A stretch of 64,000 bases of DNA, from positions 2,978 through 66,977 of the IMG/VR virus record IMGVR_UViG_3300029880_000003; one strand, 5' to 3'. The DNA is from a virus. Taxonomy: Duplodnaviria > Heunggongvirae > Uroviricota > Caudoviricetes. A program made the translations under genes and the position numbers. Below are positions 19,969 to 29,528 of this stretch, in pieces. Within the stretch, counting starts at the first letter, position 1; every line of letters starts with the position of its first letter. The notes beneath the pieces were generated by a model. The model saw nothing but the letters and a program-made list of their open reading frames with translations. It made no database searches and was not told the DNA's origin.

Positions 19969-20688
19969 ATGCTAAAGATTGAAAACACTGAAACCTACGG
20001 CTGGGAAGCAGCTGTCCGAGGTATGCGAAATCCGATGAATTCTTGGGATAAGAGCGATAGTTATGATGGATGCTTAGACAAGGATATGTTTGAAATTTTT
20101 AAAGAAGATGGCGATATCCCAAAGAACGCAGTTTGGACAGATGATTTCATCAAATCTGGATGTACATTTGTTATTGGTAATAAAGATTTAAATTTAGCAA
20201 AAAAACTCGCTAAAGCTGGTACAGACCATCGTAAATTCATGCGTATGATTACTGTATATTGTGACATTATCGCTCCATTGTATTGGTGGAAGGAGTTCGA
20301 TACTTACAAGGTTGGCACTGTCGCAAATTCTTGCAGTACGATACATAAAATTCAGGATAAGGAATTCGTAATGGATGACTTTAGCCATGAGCATCTTAGT
20401 GCAGACGTTTCCAATCGAAGTGCAATTGGGATACTTAGGCTTACTGTTCAAGTCCTTAATGATAATCGATATAAATATCTCGAAACCAAAGACAAGAAAT
20501 ATTGGTGGCAGATGATCCAACTTCTTCCGTCATCCTACAATCAGAAGCGTACAGTCATGCTTAACTACGAAGTCCTAGCTAATATTTACACGTCTCGTAA
20601 AGGGCATCGTCTGGACGAGTGGAAAACTATGTTGGATTGGATTGAGACGCTACCATACTCTGAACTAATCACTGGAAAGGAAGAATAG
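19969..20688 (+). CDS. conserved phage protein, divergent ThyX-like
   Basis: GWEAAVRGMRNP, HRKFMR, APLYWWKEFDTY, RKGHRLDEW; family recalled, not searched. Confidence 0.6.
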   Translation: MLKIENTETYGWEAAVRGMRNPMNSWDKSDSYDGCLDKDMFEIFKEDGDIPKNAVWTDDFIKSGCTFVIGNKDLNLAKKLAKAGTDHRKFMRMITVYCDIIAPLYWWKEFDTYKVGTVANSCSTIHKIQDKEFVMDDFSHEHLSADVSNRSAIGILRLTVQVLNDNRYKYLETKDKKYWWQMIQLLPSSYNQKRTVMLNYEVLANIYTSRKGHRLDEWKTMLDWIETLPYSELITGKEE

Positions 20689-20689
20689 C

Positions 20690-21193
20690 ATGGCAGTAGT
20701 TAGCTATAATGAAAGTAAGAACGGTAAAAACAATTCTCTTATTATTCATGGTAACAAGGAGGAGCTTAAGAAAGTAGCTGAGTTCGTGAACGGCATGTAC
20801 GACAAGCCTGTTAATGATGACGATAATGATGAAGGTGCGGCTGATATGGTTAACGAACCACCTCATTATATACATGGCATGGAATGCATTGATGAGATGG
20901 TTTTGGTATTCGGCAAAGAAGCCGTAATGAATTTCTGTCTTTGTAATGCGTGGAAATATCGTTACAGAGCGCCATACAAGGGTGATATTGAAGAAAACAT
21001 GCAAAAGAGCCGTTGGTATTTGAACAAGTATAAAGAGCTAAAGGGTTCTATTATTGTTTCTAACCAAAACATTATACATAGTAACCTAAAGCCTTTGTCA
21101 TATAACGATTGTGTGCTACGAACGCCTTATCCATATACAGATGATAAGAAAGTATGGTGTGGTACGACTACCAATACAACAATGAACAGCTAA
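20690..21193 (+). CDS. DUF3310-like protein
   Basis: DMVNEPPHY..ECID..NAWKYRYR..KG. Confidence 0.75.
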   Translation: MAVVSYNESKNGKNNSLIIHGNKEELKKVAEFVNGMYDKPVNDDDNDEGAADMVNEPPHYIHGMECIDEMVLVFGKEAVMNFCLCNAWKYRYRAPYKGDIEENMQKSRWYLNKYKELKGSIIVSNQNIIHSNLKPLSYNDCVLRTPYPYTDDKKVWCGTTTNTTMNS

Positions 21194-21205
21194 ATATATA
21201 TGCTA

Positions 21206-21230
21206 TGGGGCTGCAACAAGCCCCATTTTT
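21206..21230 (+). terminator. rho-independent terminator
   Basis: TGGGGCT-loop-AGCCCCA followed by T5. Confidence 0.7.
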
Positions 21231-21326
21231 GTGCAAATATTCTTTATAGAACTTATCTTTTGTAATTTACGTAAAACAAAGATACAATATTGTTGTAAAA
21301 ATATATTATAAAGGTGTGTTAACATC

Positions 21327-22523
21327 ATGGGGAAAGACCTTAAAGGCAAAGACTTGGGGCGCGGATACAGTCAACGAAAAGACAAGCGATATGAAGCGAG
21401 GTGCATGATTAATGGTGTTCGCATTTGCTTATACGATATGCATCTCCCAACATTAAAGAAACGCTTTGAAGAAGAAAAGATTAAAATTCTAAGAGACGAA
21501 AAGAATATTAGACCAAACCTTACACTGTCTGAATGGTTTGAAGAGTGGTTTGAAAAATACAAAAAGCCAGCATTGAAATCAGAAGTATCTAAAAAGGCAT
21601 ATCATAGAAAAGTATCAAACACATATATTGCCGCAATAGGAGATAAAAAGATAGAGAATATATCTCATATGAATATGCAAGACGCAACAAACGAATTGCT
21701 TAATAAGTTCAAAGCAAGAACATTAAGAGAAGCACTTGGCGTACTTAGAGAGTGTTTAGATATAGCTGTGATGAATCAAATCATTAAGTCTAACCCGTGT
21801 ATTAATATAGCAATTAAAGATGAGAACGAAGCCGTTCAAGAACGCAGGGTCTTGAGTTCTCGTGAAATGAAGATGTTCTTAGATGAAATAGAGCATGAGT
21901 ATTATAATGAAGCTTACCAAATCCTATTGCTTACTGGCATGAGGATAGGTGAATTCAGCGGTCTTCAATGGCAAGATATAAACTGGCAAAACAAAACGAT
22001 TAGGATACAAAGAAGCCTGAGTATTGGTTATGTTGACGGCAAGAAAATGGAATATCTCACAACGCCTAAGACAAGTAATAGCTATAGAACTATTCCATTC
22101 TTCGGAAACGTAGGTGAGCTATTTAAAGATTGGAAGGTAAAACAAGACCAATACAAAGCAAAGCTTGGAAATAGATGGAGATTGCGACCAGAGTTAGGTG
22201 ATTTAGTTTTCACGACAACACTTGGCTCGCCAGTAACAAGATATGCGCTATCTCATAACATTGAAAAGGTATTGAAGAATATCAATGAAAAAGAGAAATA
22301 TAATGCTTCAGTAGAAGGCAGAGAACCAGAAGAAATGGCACATATTTACCCACATGCTTTCCGACATACATTTGCTACTCGATGTTTTGAGAAAAAATTA
22401 GACCCAGTGTTTATACAAAGAATTATGGGTCATACTAGTTATGCTACCACTTTGAAATATACGCATCTTTTAGAAACTAAACTGAATGAAGAGGTAGCAA
22501 AAGCAGAAGACTTCCTATTATAA
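21327..22523 (+). CDS. int: tyrosine integrase with N-terminal arm-binding domain
   Basis: GMRIGE, HAFRH, MGH, KY; N-terminal GYSQRKDKRYEAR. Confidence 0.92.
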   Translation: MGKDLKGKDLGRGYSQRKDKRYEARCMINGVRICLYDMHLPTLKKRFEEEKIKILRDEKNIRPNLTLSEWFEEWFEKYKKPALKSEVSKKAYHRKVSNTYIAAIGDKKIENISHMNMQDATNELLNKFKARTLREALGVLRECLDIAVMNQIIKSNPCINIAIKDENEAVQERRVLSSREMKMFLDEIEHEYYNEAYQILLLTGMRIGEFSGLQWQDINWQNKTIRIQRSLSIGYVDGKKMEYLTTPKTSNSYRTIPFFGNVGELFKDWKVKQDQYKAKLGNRWRLRPELGDLVFTTTLGSPVTRYALSHNIEKVLKNINEKEKYNASVEGREPEEMAHIYPHAFRHTFATRCFEKKLDPVFIQRIMGHTSYATTLKYTHLLETKLNEEVAKAEDFLL

Positions 22524-22539
22524 TGGAAGTCTTTTTTTT
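22507..22539 (+). terminator. terminator overlapping the integrase stop
   Basis: AAGACTTCC/GGAAGTCTT followed by a T run. Confidence 0.7.
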
Positions 22540-22551
22540 AATGCTGTATAC

Positions 22552-22886
22552 TTGCGTATTTGCGTAAAACATTGTTTTGCGTAAGAAATTGCGCAAATTT
22601 ATTTTTTGCGTTTTTAAGCAGTTGCGTAGCGTTTGCGTAAAATTTCTAAACAAGCTTGCAAACACCATATAAATAAAGTAATATATATAAGGGCTTTGCA
22701 TTTGGAGTTCTAGGAGAAAACGACAAGTAAGTATCTACAACACCTTGATAGATAAGGGGTTGAAGAAATCCTATATTTGGGTAAAATAAGCAAAACCTTA
22801 TATTAATGTCGTATGGTTTTGAGTCAGATTTGCTTACAGATTTGCTTAAACACTATCGTCCATTTCCTTCAGCGAAGTGTACGCAA
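22552..22886. repeat. putative attP with arm-type repeats
   Basis: TTGCGTA x5 plus variants at 22552-22639; GATTTGCTTA x2 near 22827-22849; inverted TACGCAA at 22880. Confidence 0.55.
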
Positions 22887-22980
22887 CTTGGCTTGAACCT
22901 GCGACACCTTATACTCACAAGAAACAAAGATTAAAACAACAGTATTCCAACTATTATGTACTTAGATTGTCGTTCATTTT

Positions 22981-23006
22981 GAGGTTCCTAATGGAGCCTC
23001 TTTTTT
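22981..23006 (+). terminator. hairpin terminator
   Basis: GAGGTTCC-TAAT-GGAGCCTC followed by T6. Confidence 0.55.
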
Positions 23007-23076
23007 GTTGGGACATAAAATTATTCTTTTAAGCTCTCTCCTGATAAGATAATAAAAGGGAGGGAGACACCAAGAA

Positions 23077-23331
23077 ATGCACATAGTATATTCTAAGCAA
23101 GCATATAAATATTTAAAGAAGCAAAGTGAACAAGATTATAATCGAATCCTTAGTGAGATAAACAAGCTGCCAAATAATCATAATAGAATAAAGAAATTAA
23201 ATGGCTTGTCGAATTTATATCGTTTACGCGTTGGAGATTTTCGTGTTTTGTTCACACCAGAGTTGGAACATGATACAATCAAGATAGAAAAAATATTGCC
23301 AAGAGGTGACGTATACAATGGCATTAGATAA
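23077..23331 (+). CDS. RelE/ParE-family toxin
   Basis: YSKQAYKYL, IKKL.G, YRLRVGDFRVLF, PRGDVY. Confidence 0.85.
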   Translation: MHIVYSKQAYKYLKKQSEQDYNRILSEINKLPNNHNRIKKLNGLSNLYRLRVGDFRVLFTPELEHDTIKIEKILPRGDVYNGIR

Positions 23332-23527
23332 GAAAGTTGCTGAGAAATTTTTGAATAGGCTTGATAGTTTGCAAAAGGAAATAGAGTCAATCCATCGTGA
23401 TTTAGTGTTTGCAATGGATGAAGATAAATTGAGTCTAGATGATTTAGATGCAATAAAAAAAATAAGAGAAAAAAATGAATATAAAACCATTGAAGAATGG
23501 GAAAAGGAAGACAATCAAAAATCGTAA
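23318..23527 (+). CDS. putative antitoxin
   Basis: Small acidic ORF overlapping the toxin 3' end. Confidence 0.55.
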   Translation: MALDKKVAEKFLNRLDSLQKEIESIHRDLVFAMDEDKLSLDDLDAIKKIREKNEYKTIEEWEKEDNQKS

Positions 23528-23560
23528 AAAAAAGGAGCAGCATTAAATTGCTACTCCTTA
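23526..23560. terminator. terminator at the convergence of the two genome arms
   Basis: A8-GGAGCAGC..GCTACTCC (U-tract on the minus strand). Confidence 0.65.
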
Positions 23561-23568
23561 AAAATTAT

Positions 23569-24342
23569 TTAAACACCGATCACATAACGAAGAACCATGT
23601 TCCTGTTATCAACAGTTTGACCATGAAGAGATAAAGCAGAATTGTTGTTTACAGCATTGCCTTTTATCTCATTGTTGTTGATATAAAGATACTTCTTGTA
23701 GAACTTCCCTCCACGTTCAAGTATAAACGAGAATCCGCCACCGCCGTCATTTGCAACAGCATATTTAGGAACGAAGAAAGAGTTCCAGCTAGAGTTAACA
23801 GGTGCAGTATTAGTAACATCATAGGCACTGAATATCAATGAGATTCCATGAGGCTGTGCGGATACATTGCCAGAAAGTGTAATTGTGGCATCCTCTTTTA
23901 CATATAAAGCACCGCTCCACAGCACTTTGTTTTGCCCATAATTAGCACCAGAAAGCCCACCATCTCTACTCCAAATACGTACTGAGTCTCCATAAATATT
24001 AGTTGACCCACTAGATTTCTGATAATTGTCATATCCAATAGCGGTATTGCCAGCAGCAGACATCGGTACGAACACATTCTTTAGTGTACCGTCAGCAGCC
24101 TTACCATTTATAGCTGCTTCTACGCCCATGTTGATGTCTTTACTGGTTGTGACATTGCCTGTAAGTGTGCCACCATTTAAAGGAAGATAGTTATGCGAAT
24201 GGCTCTTTGCTGCATACTTGTTAGGCAGAGTATTGTGTATTGCATCCATAGCATTTAAATCATCGGTTAAGCAGCGTGTGGAGTCCGAACCTCTCCAAAT
24301 ATCGTCCGTTGAGTACAATCCAACAAAATCTTGACTGGACAT
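23569..24342 (-). CDS. fibre/receptor-binding-like structural protein
   Basis: N-terminal STDDIWR..RCLTDD motif, YLPLNGGTLTG, VLWSG..LRYVIGV C-terminus. Confidence 0.7.
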   Translation of the reverse strand: MSSQDFVGLYSTDDIWRGSDSTRCLTDDLNAMDAIHNTLPNKYAAKSHSHNYLPLNGGTLTGNVTTSKDINMGVEAAINGKAADGTLKNVFVPMSAAGNTAIGYDNYQKSSGSTNIYGDSVRIWSRDGGLSGANYGQNKVLWSGALYVKEDATITLSGNVSAQPHGISLIFSAYDVTNTAPVNSSWNSFFVPKYAVANDGGGGFSFILERGGKFYKKYLYINNNEIKGNAVNNNSALSLHGQTVDNRNMVLRYVIGV

Positions 24343-24389
24343 AGTGTTCTCCTTAGAACGTAGTGTCAGTTTATGTTATATAGGCTAAG

Positions 24390-25604
24390 CTAAATAACGT
24401 TATGAGGTTTGCCATTCTGATCGTAGATGGTCATAATTGCGTAGTGCTGCTCTCCACTGGAATTATATGTATAGCAAAGACCAGTATGAGCCTTACCATC
24501 TTGGTCATAAAAGGTTATGCGAGAAGCAGCCAGCTCCCAAACTGCATATAAAGTAAGGCTTGCATTTGTAGAATACTTGTCCCCGCCATGATATTTAACA
24601 TCGCCAGTAGGAGATGTTGACCAACCTAAGAAGTTATAGCGCTGTCTCGTAGGCTTTGTGGTAGAGATAGTTGCTGTGGCATCGTAATCTTTTACCTGTG
24701 GCTCTGGAACGCCAGTACCACCATTGCCATCGTATCGAATAGCATATTTCAACCTGTCCCATACAGCTACCATCGTTGTACTAGCATTCGTTGTGTATGA
24801 ATCACCTGGATTATATCTCTTCGATGATTCTTCCCAATATAAGAAGTTGTATCCTTCATATGTAGGAATAGTTTTAGACAGCGTTAGATTTGTAAAGTAT
24901 TTCTTCGTCTGATTGCCAGGAGCGCCAGTTCCTCCATTAGCATTGTATTTTACTGTATAAGTAAGCTCTTCCCAAATAGCTATCAGAGTTTGATTTCCAT
25001 TATATGCAACTGTGTCACCTGGCTGGTAGTAAGGTTGAGTCTTATATTTGCTATCGATATCTGAGCGGTTTGTAACGCCCCATCCTTTGAACGTGTAACC
25101 AGTTTTCGTAGGTTTCGTGCTAGACAGAGTAAGGTCTTCATTCCACCATTTAGTTTGACTGTCGGGAGCGCCCTTACCGCCATCAACATCGAACGAAACC
25201 GTGTAAGATGTCTTAGCACCAACCCAAACATTAACAGTTGTCTCAGTGCTGCCGTAATAGCCACCATAATCGTTTACTGGCTGAAGGTTTACCCATACTT
25301 TAACTGGCACATTACGACCAGACTTACCCTTTGAAATTGTAGTATAACCAGATGTTTCAGCGGCGGTTCTATATGAACCTCCTGGGTTAGATGATAGATA
25401 TCCACTAGCAGAACCTCTATCCGTACCATCAACATTGCATACTACTCTTACGCCATATTGATAAGCCCACTTGAACTGAGCGCATACATACCAATAAATA
25501 GTTGCAGATCCATCGGCATTCGAATTAACATATGCATTGACGTAACCGCGCACATATCTTTTACCGTTGTAAAATGTTTTCTCAGGAGTATAAGCATCTG
25601 CCAT
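24390..25604 (-). CDS. structural protein with three InlB-B (Listeria-Bacteroides) repeats
   Basis: YTVSFDVDGG..PTKTGYTFKGW, YTVKYNANGG..PTYEGYNF, IRYDGNGG..PTRQRYNFLGW. Confidence 0.8.
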   Translation of the reverse strand: MADAYTPEKTFYNGKRYVRGYVNAYVNSNADGSATIYWYVCAQFKWAYQYGVRVVCNVDGTDRGSASGYLSSNPGGSYRTAAETSGYTTISKGKSGRNVPVKVWVNLQPVNDYGGYYGSTETTVNVWVGAKTSYTVSFDVDGGKGAPDSQTKWWNEDLTLSSTKPTKTGYTFKGWGVTNRSDIDSKYKTQPYYQPGDTVAYNGNQTLIAIWEELTYTVKYNANGGTGAPGNQTKKYFTNLTLSKTIPTYEGYNFLYWEESSKRYNPGDSYTTNASTTMVAVWDRLKYAIRYDGNGGTGVPEPQVKDYDATATISTTKPTRQRYNFLGWSTSPTGDVKYHGGDKYSTNASLTLYAVWELAASRITFYDQDGKAHTGLCYTYNSSGEQHYAIMTIYDQNGKPHNVI

Positions 25605-25638
25605 ACACCATCACCTCCTTAGCATGTATATAGATTCA

Positions 25639-26235
25639 TTAATTAATCTGGATATAAATACTATTAGGAGTTCCAGTAGAAGGTGCGGCACCAGTACCCC
25701 ATGTAATTCCAAGGTTGTTTAAAGCTTTTGCACCAGTAGTAGCACCAGTACCGCCATTAGCCACGGGTACTGCACCACTTGTGTTTCCAAGACCTAGATT
25801 ATTTCTGGCACCAGCAACAGTATCAGCGTTCGTACCGCCATTCTCAATAGGGAGAGTTCCGTATGCATCATTCATATTCGGCTTAACATAGCTTACAATC
25901 CAGAATGCACCATCATACATTACATTGAACGGCTTACCTTCAGAAATCCAATTCTCATAAGTACCAGCGATTGTACTCTTTGGATTGCTGGAAAGGCGTT
26001 GTCTGATATTCTTTGCACCAAGACCGTTCACGTTGAGAGTCGGCGCAGTAGTTGTACTATCGATATGAGGAATCATTGTAAAGTTAACACCAGTAACAAG
26101 GCTATCTATTCCCTTTACAGTAGCGGTATACGCAGCGCCAGTGCCAGCAGTTGTAACGCCATTGATTTGCTGTCTTGCAGCTTCATCGTAAATTTCTAAG
26201 CCATTATATGATTTTATAATCTTGTTTCCATCCAT
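25639..26235 (-). CDS. tail-fibre-like protein
   Basis: GTGAAYTAT..TLNVNGLGAK domain; GGTGAT..AR.NLG repeats. Confidence 0.75.
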   Translation of the reverse strand: MDGNKIIKSYNGLEIYDEAARQQINGVTTAGTGAAYTATVKGIDSLVTGVNFTMIPHIDSTTTAPTLNVNGLGAKNIRQRLSSNPKSTIAGTYENWISEGKPFNVMYDGAFWIVSYVKPNMNDAYGTLPIENGGTNADTVAGARNNLGLGNTSGAVPVANGGTGATTGAKALNNLGITWGTGAAPSTGTPNSIYIQIN

Positions 26236-26237
26236 AT

Positions 26238-26612
26238 CTATTCCACCACCTTCAATACTTCGGTTACATTGCCATGTCCATCATTACTCAGGACTAACTT
26301 ATATCCTTTTTCAACTATCATAGACCTGATATCTTTTTCGATTGTATTCTCTGTATCGCCAGCAATCTTAATAGTGTTCTTATAAATAACATCAGTGTCA
26401 TCGTCAAGCTCTTGAAGCTTATTCCTAATCTCAGAGAACTGTATAATCAAGTCTCGTTTTTGTTCGGTTATGAAGGATACACCTTGCTCTTTGATATAGC
26501 CAATATTGTTTATAGCATCAACTCTGATGTCCTCGGTTTCTTCAAGAACCTCTTCTTCTAGCATTTGCTCAGTGATGCGCTCGATATTCTCAACATGATA
26601 AGCGGTTGCCAT
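26238..26612 (-). CDS. hypothetical tail-associated protein
   Basis: ORF; C-terminus LVLSNDGHGNVT resembles that of the upstream gene. Confidence 0.65.
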   Translation of the reverse strand: MATAYHVENIERITEQMLEEEVLEETEDIRVDAINNIGYIKEQGVSFITEQKRDLIIQFSEIRNKLQELDDDTDVIYKNTIKIAGDTENTIEKDIRSMIVEKGYKLVLSNDGHGNVTEVLKVVE

Positions 26613-26615
26613 ACG

Positions 26616-27335
26616 TTACGCCTCCTGTGAATTCAAGAGAATCGCAACAGTAACATTGCCTTCTCCGTCATTTTTCGTAGTAAGGACAAGACCATCTTGA
26701 GTCATCATGTTATCGATATCTGTCTCAATCTTTGCCTTTGTTTGATTGGCAACTTTTACGGTATCATCGTATGTCTTCTGCGTGTTATCCTTTATTGCAG
26801 TAGCCGTCTTTACAAGACCGTTGCCAATCGTTAGAAAGCTGTCTTTATTTTGCGTTACAGTCTCGATAGCACTGTTCTTCGTATCTGTGATATCCTTGAT
26901 CGCATTTGATCTTGCTTCTTCTGTACTTGCTTCAATCTCGTCTTTGATGTCTTCTGCGGTGATGCGCTTGATATTCTCTACATATAGATAGTCATTCGGC
27001 ATCTCTCGCTTACGAATTGGAATCTCAGAGAATAAGATAGTCCGTTGAGAAGAAACATCTTCTGAGTTTGTCAGATAGACATATACAAGAAGAGGATAAG
27101 GCTCTTGCAATAGAATGTTAGGTATCGTAGCCTTCATAACGTCTTCACCGATTACATTAGACCTAACGATCAAAGCAGTGTCTCTGTGCTTGTTGGTGAA
27201 ATGAAATTCTGGTGCAATAGAAAGATATCCTTGTGGACAACCTTCAAGCTTAATGGTTATCTCCTGGTCGATATCCCACTGAAAGAAATTGTTTATGGTA
27301 TTGCCATATTGATCTAAGCATTTTACTTCGTACAT
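26616..27335 (-). CDS. baseplate-upper (BppU-like) tail-associated protein
   Basis: FQWDIDQ, IPNILLQ, IPIRKREMPNDY. Confidence 0.6.
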   Translation of the reverse strand: MYEVKCLDQYGNTINNFFQWDIDQEITIKLEGCPQGYLSIAPEFHFTNKHRDTALIVRSNVIGEDVMKATIPNILLQEPYPLLVYVYLTNSEDVSSQRTILFSEIPIRKREMPNDYLYVENIKRITAEDIKDEIEASTEEARSNAIKDITDTKNSAIETVTQNKDSFLTIGNGLVKTATAIKDNTQKTYDDTVKVANQTKAKIETDIDNMMTQDGLVLTTKNDGEGNVTVAILLNSQEA

Positions 27336-27373
27336 AGGCTACACCTCCTTTAAATTGATAAGCTTTAATAAGT

Positions 27374-27838
27374 CTACTTCCATTTACCAACAACACGCAC
27401 ATAGACGCTAACATCGAAGTCTAGGTCTGCTGGATTGGAAATACGAAGACCCAACTTGTTATTGGTATTCAGATATACGCTTACATTGGGAACACCTTGC
27501 TCACACTCGGCAGTGCAGTATACACGTTGCTTCGCTCCAATAAGCTCAACGGGGTAATTAACCTCAATCTCGTTGTACTTAACATCATAGTAAGATTTTG
27601 CAAACATACCACTGACAGAAAGCCTTGCTTCACATTCGATTCTTCCGTTGCCGAATTTCTTAAACTCCCATAAGCCATCAGAACCAACTTCAACAGTATC
27701 AAGATTGCCTACTGTGCTTTTGAGTTCCTTAATGTCTTCCTCAATAAAATCAAGGTCATCCGTCAGGCAACGGTTAGTGTCTTCTCCGCGCCAAACTTCA
27801 TTAGATGATACTACTGGGTTGAAAGCATTAGCTGACAT
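27374..27838 (-). CDS. fibre-tip-like protein with gp53-like C-terminal domain
   Basis: N-terminal NEVWR..RCLTDDL; WEFKKFGNGRIEC..V.GKWK; ATG of MSANAF. Confidence 0.7.
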   Translation of the reverse strand: MSANAFNPVVSSNEVWRGEDTNRCLTDDLDFIEEDIKELKSTVGNLDTVEVGSDGLWEFKKFGNGRIECEARLSVSGMFAKSYYDVKYNEIEVNYPVELIGAKQRVYCTAECEQGVPNVSVYLNTNNKLGLRISNPADLDFDVSVYVRVVGKWK

Positions 27839-27931
27839 ACGCATCCTCCTTTTGTAATGAATAATCAATTAATTGTATCTTATTATTGTATTTCAACATT
27901 TTCCAAAAAATATTTTCACATTTTCTATATG

Positions 27932-27986
27932 AAAAATCCCACGCACAATATATACTATTTCTCGTGTAAAACTGCGTGGGATTTTT
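27932..27986. promoter_or_regulatory. 14-bp inverted repeat around the predicted recombinase -10 box (putative operator)
   Basis: AAAAATCCCACGCA / TGCGTGGGATTTTT flank TATACT (27951). Confidence 0.7.
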
Positions 27987-28007
27987 AGCATCGAAAGGAC
28001 TAGAAAA

Positions 28008-28919
28008 ATGAAAATTATCGACATTTATGAGCAACATTACCTGCCTGAGAAAACAGCAAAAAGAGCCGCATCTACCATCTCTGGATACGACTCTTCTATG
28101 CGTCTTCACGTTCTTCCACGGTGGGGAGAATGCGAGATTGAGGATATCGACCCAGACGATTTGCAAGAATGGGTTGACTCGTTCGAACTCAACGGAGCAG
28201 CAGAGAAAGCATTCAAATGCCTTCGTCAAATCATCCGATGGTGGGTACGCAAGAAGCGTCTTCATATCGCCGACCCGACTATCTATATTGAACTCAACTC
28301 CCGTGAGCCATATAGGGCAGAAGTTCTCGATGCCACAGAGGTGTCCGATATGCTTCGCGGTATGTGGGGTCATTGGGCAGAGGCAGTCACCATCTGTGCT
28401 GTAACCCTCGGTCTTAGAAGAGGAGAGGCTTGCGCTCTTGAATGGTCTGATATCAACCTGAAAACAGGAGAAGTTCGCATTAACAAGTCAAGGCAATACA
28501 TAAAAGGCAAGACTGTCACGTTAAGAACCAAGACAGATAAATCTACAAGGTCGTGCTATCTACCTAAATTCGCACGTCAGCGCCTAAAGCAAATTAAAGG
28601 AACTGGTCTTCTAACAGGCGATACATCGCCAGACAGGGTTGCTCGCGCAATCAAGAGGCAATGTGAGCGCCAAGGAGTACCACATGTATCTATGACAAAT
28701 ATGCGTCATACATGGGCTACTCTAGCTGTAGAAGCTGGCGTAGGAATTGAGACTGTAGCTATGATGCTTGGGCATACAGACATTAGCACCGCATATAACC
28801 ATTACATTATTCCTCGCAAGACTATATGCCAGGAAGCTCAGGCTGCGGTAGAGAAGCTATTGTTCGATAAGGCTAAAAAGTTAAGCATCTGTCTGTTGTT
28901 TGATAAGGTGTCGAGATAG
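28008..28919 (+). CDS. tyrosine recombinase (shufflon invertase)
   Basis: GLRRGE, TNMRH, LGH, HY; its TAG stop is part of the first recombination site; oriented against the tail genes. Confidence 0.9.
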   Translation: MKIIDIYEQHYLPEKTAKRAASTISGYDSSMRLHVLPRWGECEIEDIDPDDLQEWVDSFELNGAAEKAFKCLRQIIRWWVRKKRLHIADPTIYIELNSREPYRAEVLDATEVSDMLRGMWGHWAEAVTICAVTLGLRRGEACALEWSDINLKTGEVRINKSRQYIKGKTVTLRTKTDKSTRSCYLPKFARQRLKQIKGTGLLTGDTSPDRVARAIKRQCERQGVPHVSMTNMRHTWATLAVEAGVGIETVAMMLGHTDISTAYNHYIIPRKTICQEAQAAVEKLLFDKAKKLSICLLFDKVSR

Positions 28920-29246
28920 CATTCCATATCCCCAACCAAAACGACAGGAGATGGATATACCGCTTATCTCAGCAAACGCATCATTGTTGGAACCACCATT
29001 GTCACGGCGAGTGGAAGTTATCAAGTAAAACTGTTTACAAAAGCTCAATTCAAAGCCATTGCTGGTCGTTATTTTGATTACTTAAAAGACTTCATCGTTG
29101 TTATGAACGCAGATTTTCATGATGCAATGGCTGTTCATGTTACTAGCGCTGGATACGAAAGTACCAAAGGAGATATTTATGCTCTATATGAAGGAACACG
29201 TAACGGCAATCTTCGTATAAACTATCTAATTATACTTGGCGAATAG
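28920..29246 (+). other. silent cassette 1 (SISPTKTTGDG...INYLIILGE*)
   Basis: Open frame from the site to the TAG of the next site. Confidence 0.88.
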
Positions 29247-29528
29247 CATTCCATATCCCCGTTATTTAAAGTAACCAGATATACAAGCAAAGCACAAGAT
29301 GTTGCCTCTGGTAGTGTACTTGAATACACCGAAACTCTTAAGAAAATAAGCGGCTATAGTCCAGTTGGGATAGTAGGGACAACTACAAACCACGAATGGT
29401 CATTTGCTTTGTTTCAATCAAAAATGAACAGCGACAACACTTTTGTCGCAACATGGATGAATTTCAACAAAAACACGTGGAAGGGCGCGTATGGCATAGT
29501 AGACGTTCTATATATTAAGAATCTCTAG
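29247..29528 (+). other. silent cassette 2 (SISPLFKVTRY...VDVLYIKNL*)
   Basis: Open frame from site to site. Confidence 0.88.

Noticed and set aside
22870..22915. tRNA gene on the minus strand (GTCGCAGGTTCAAGCC)
   Set aside because: A T-loop-like string is present but the T-stem and acceptor stem do not pair; at most a remnant.
27828..28373. 181-aa minus-strand ORF
   Set aside because: Overlaps the recombinase and its promoter; no recognisable features.
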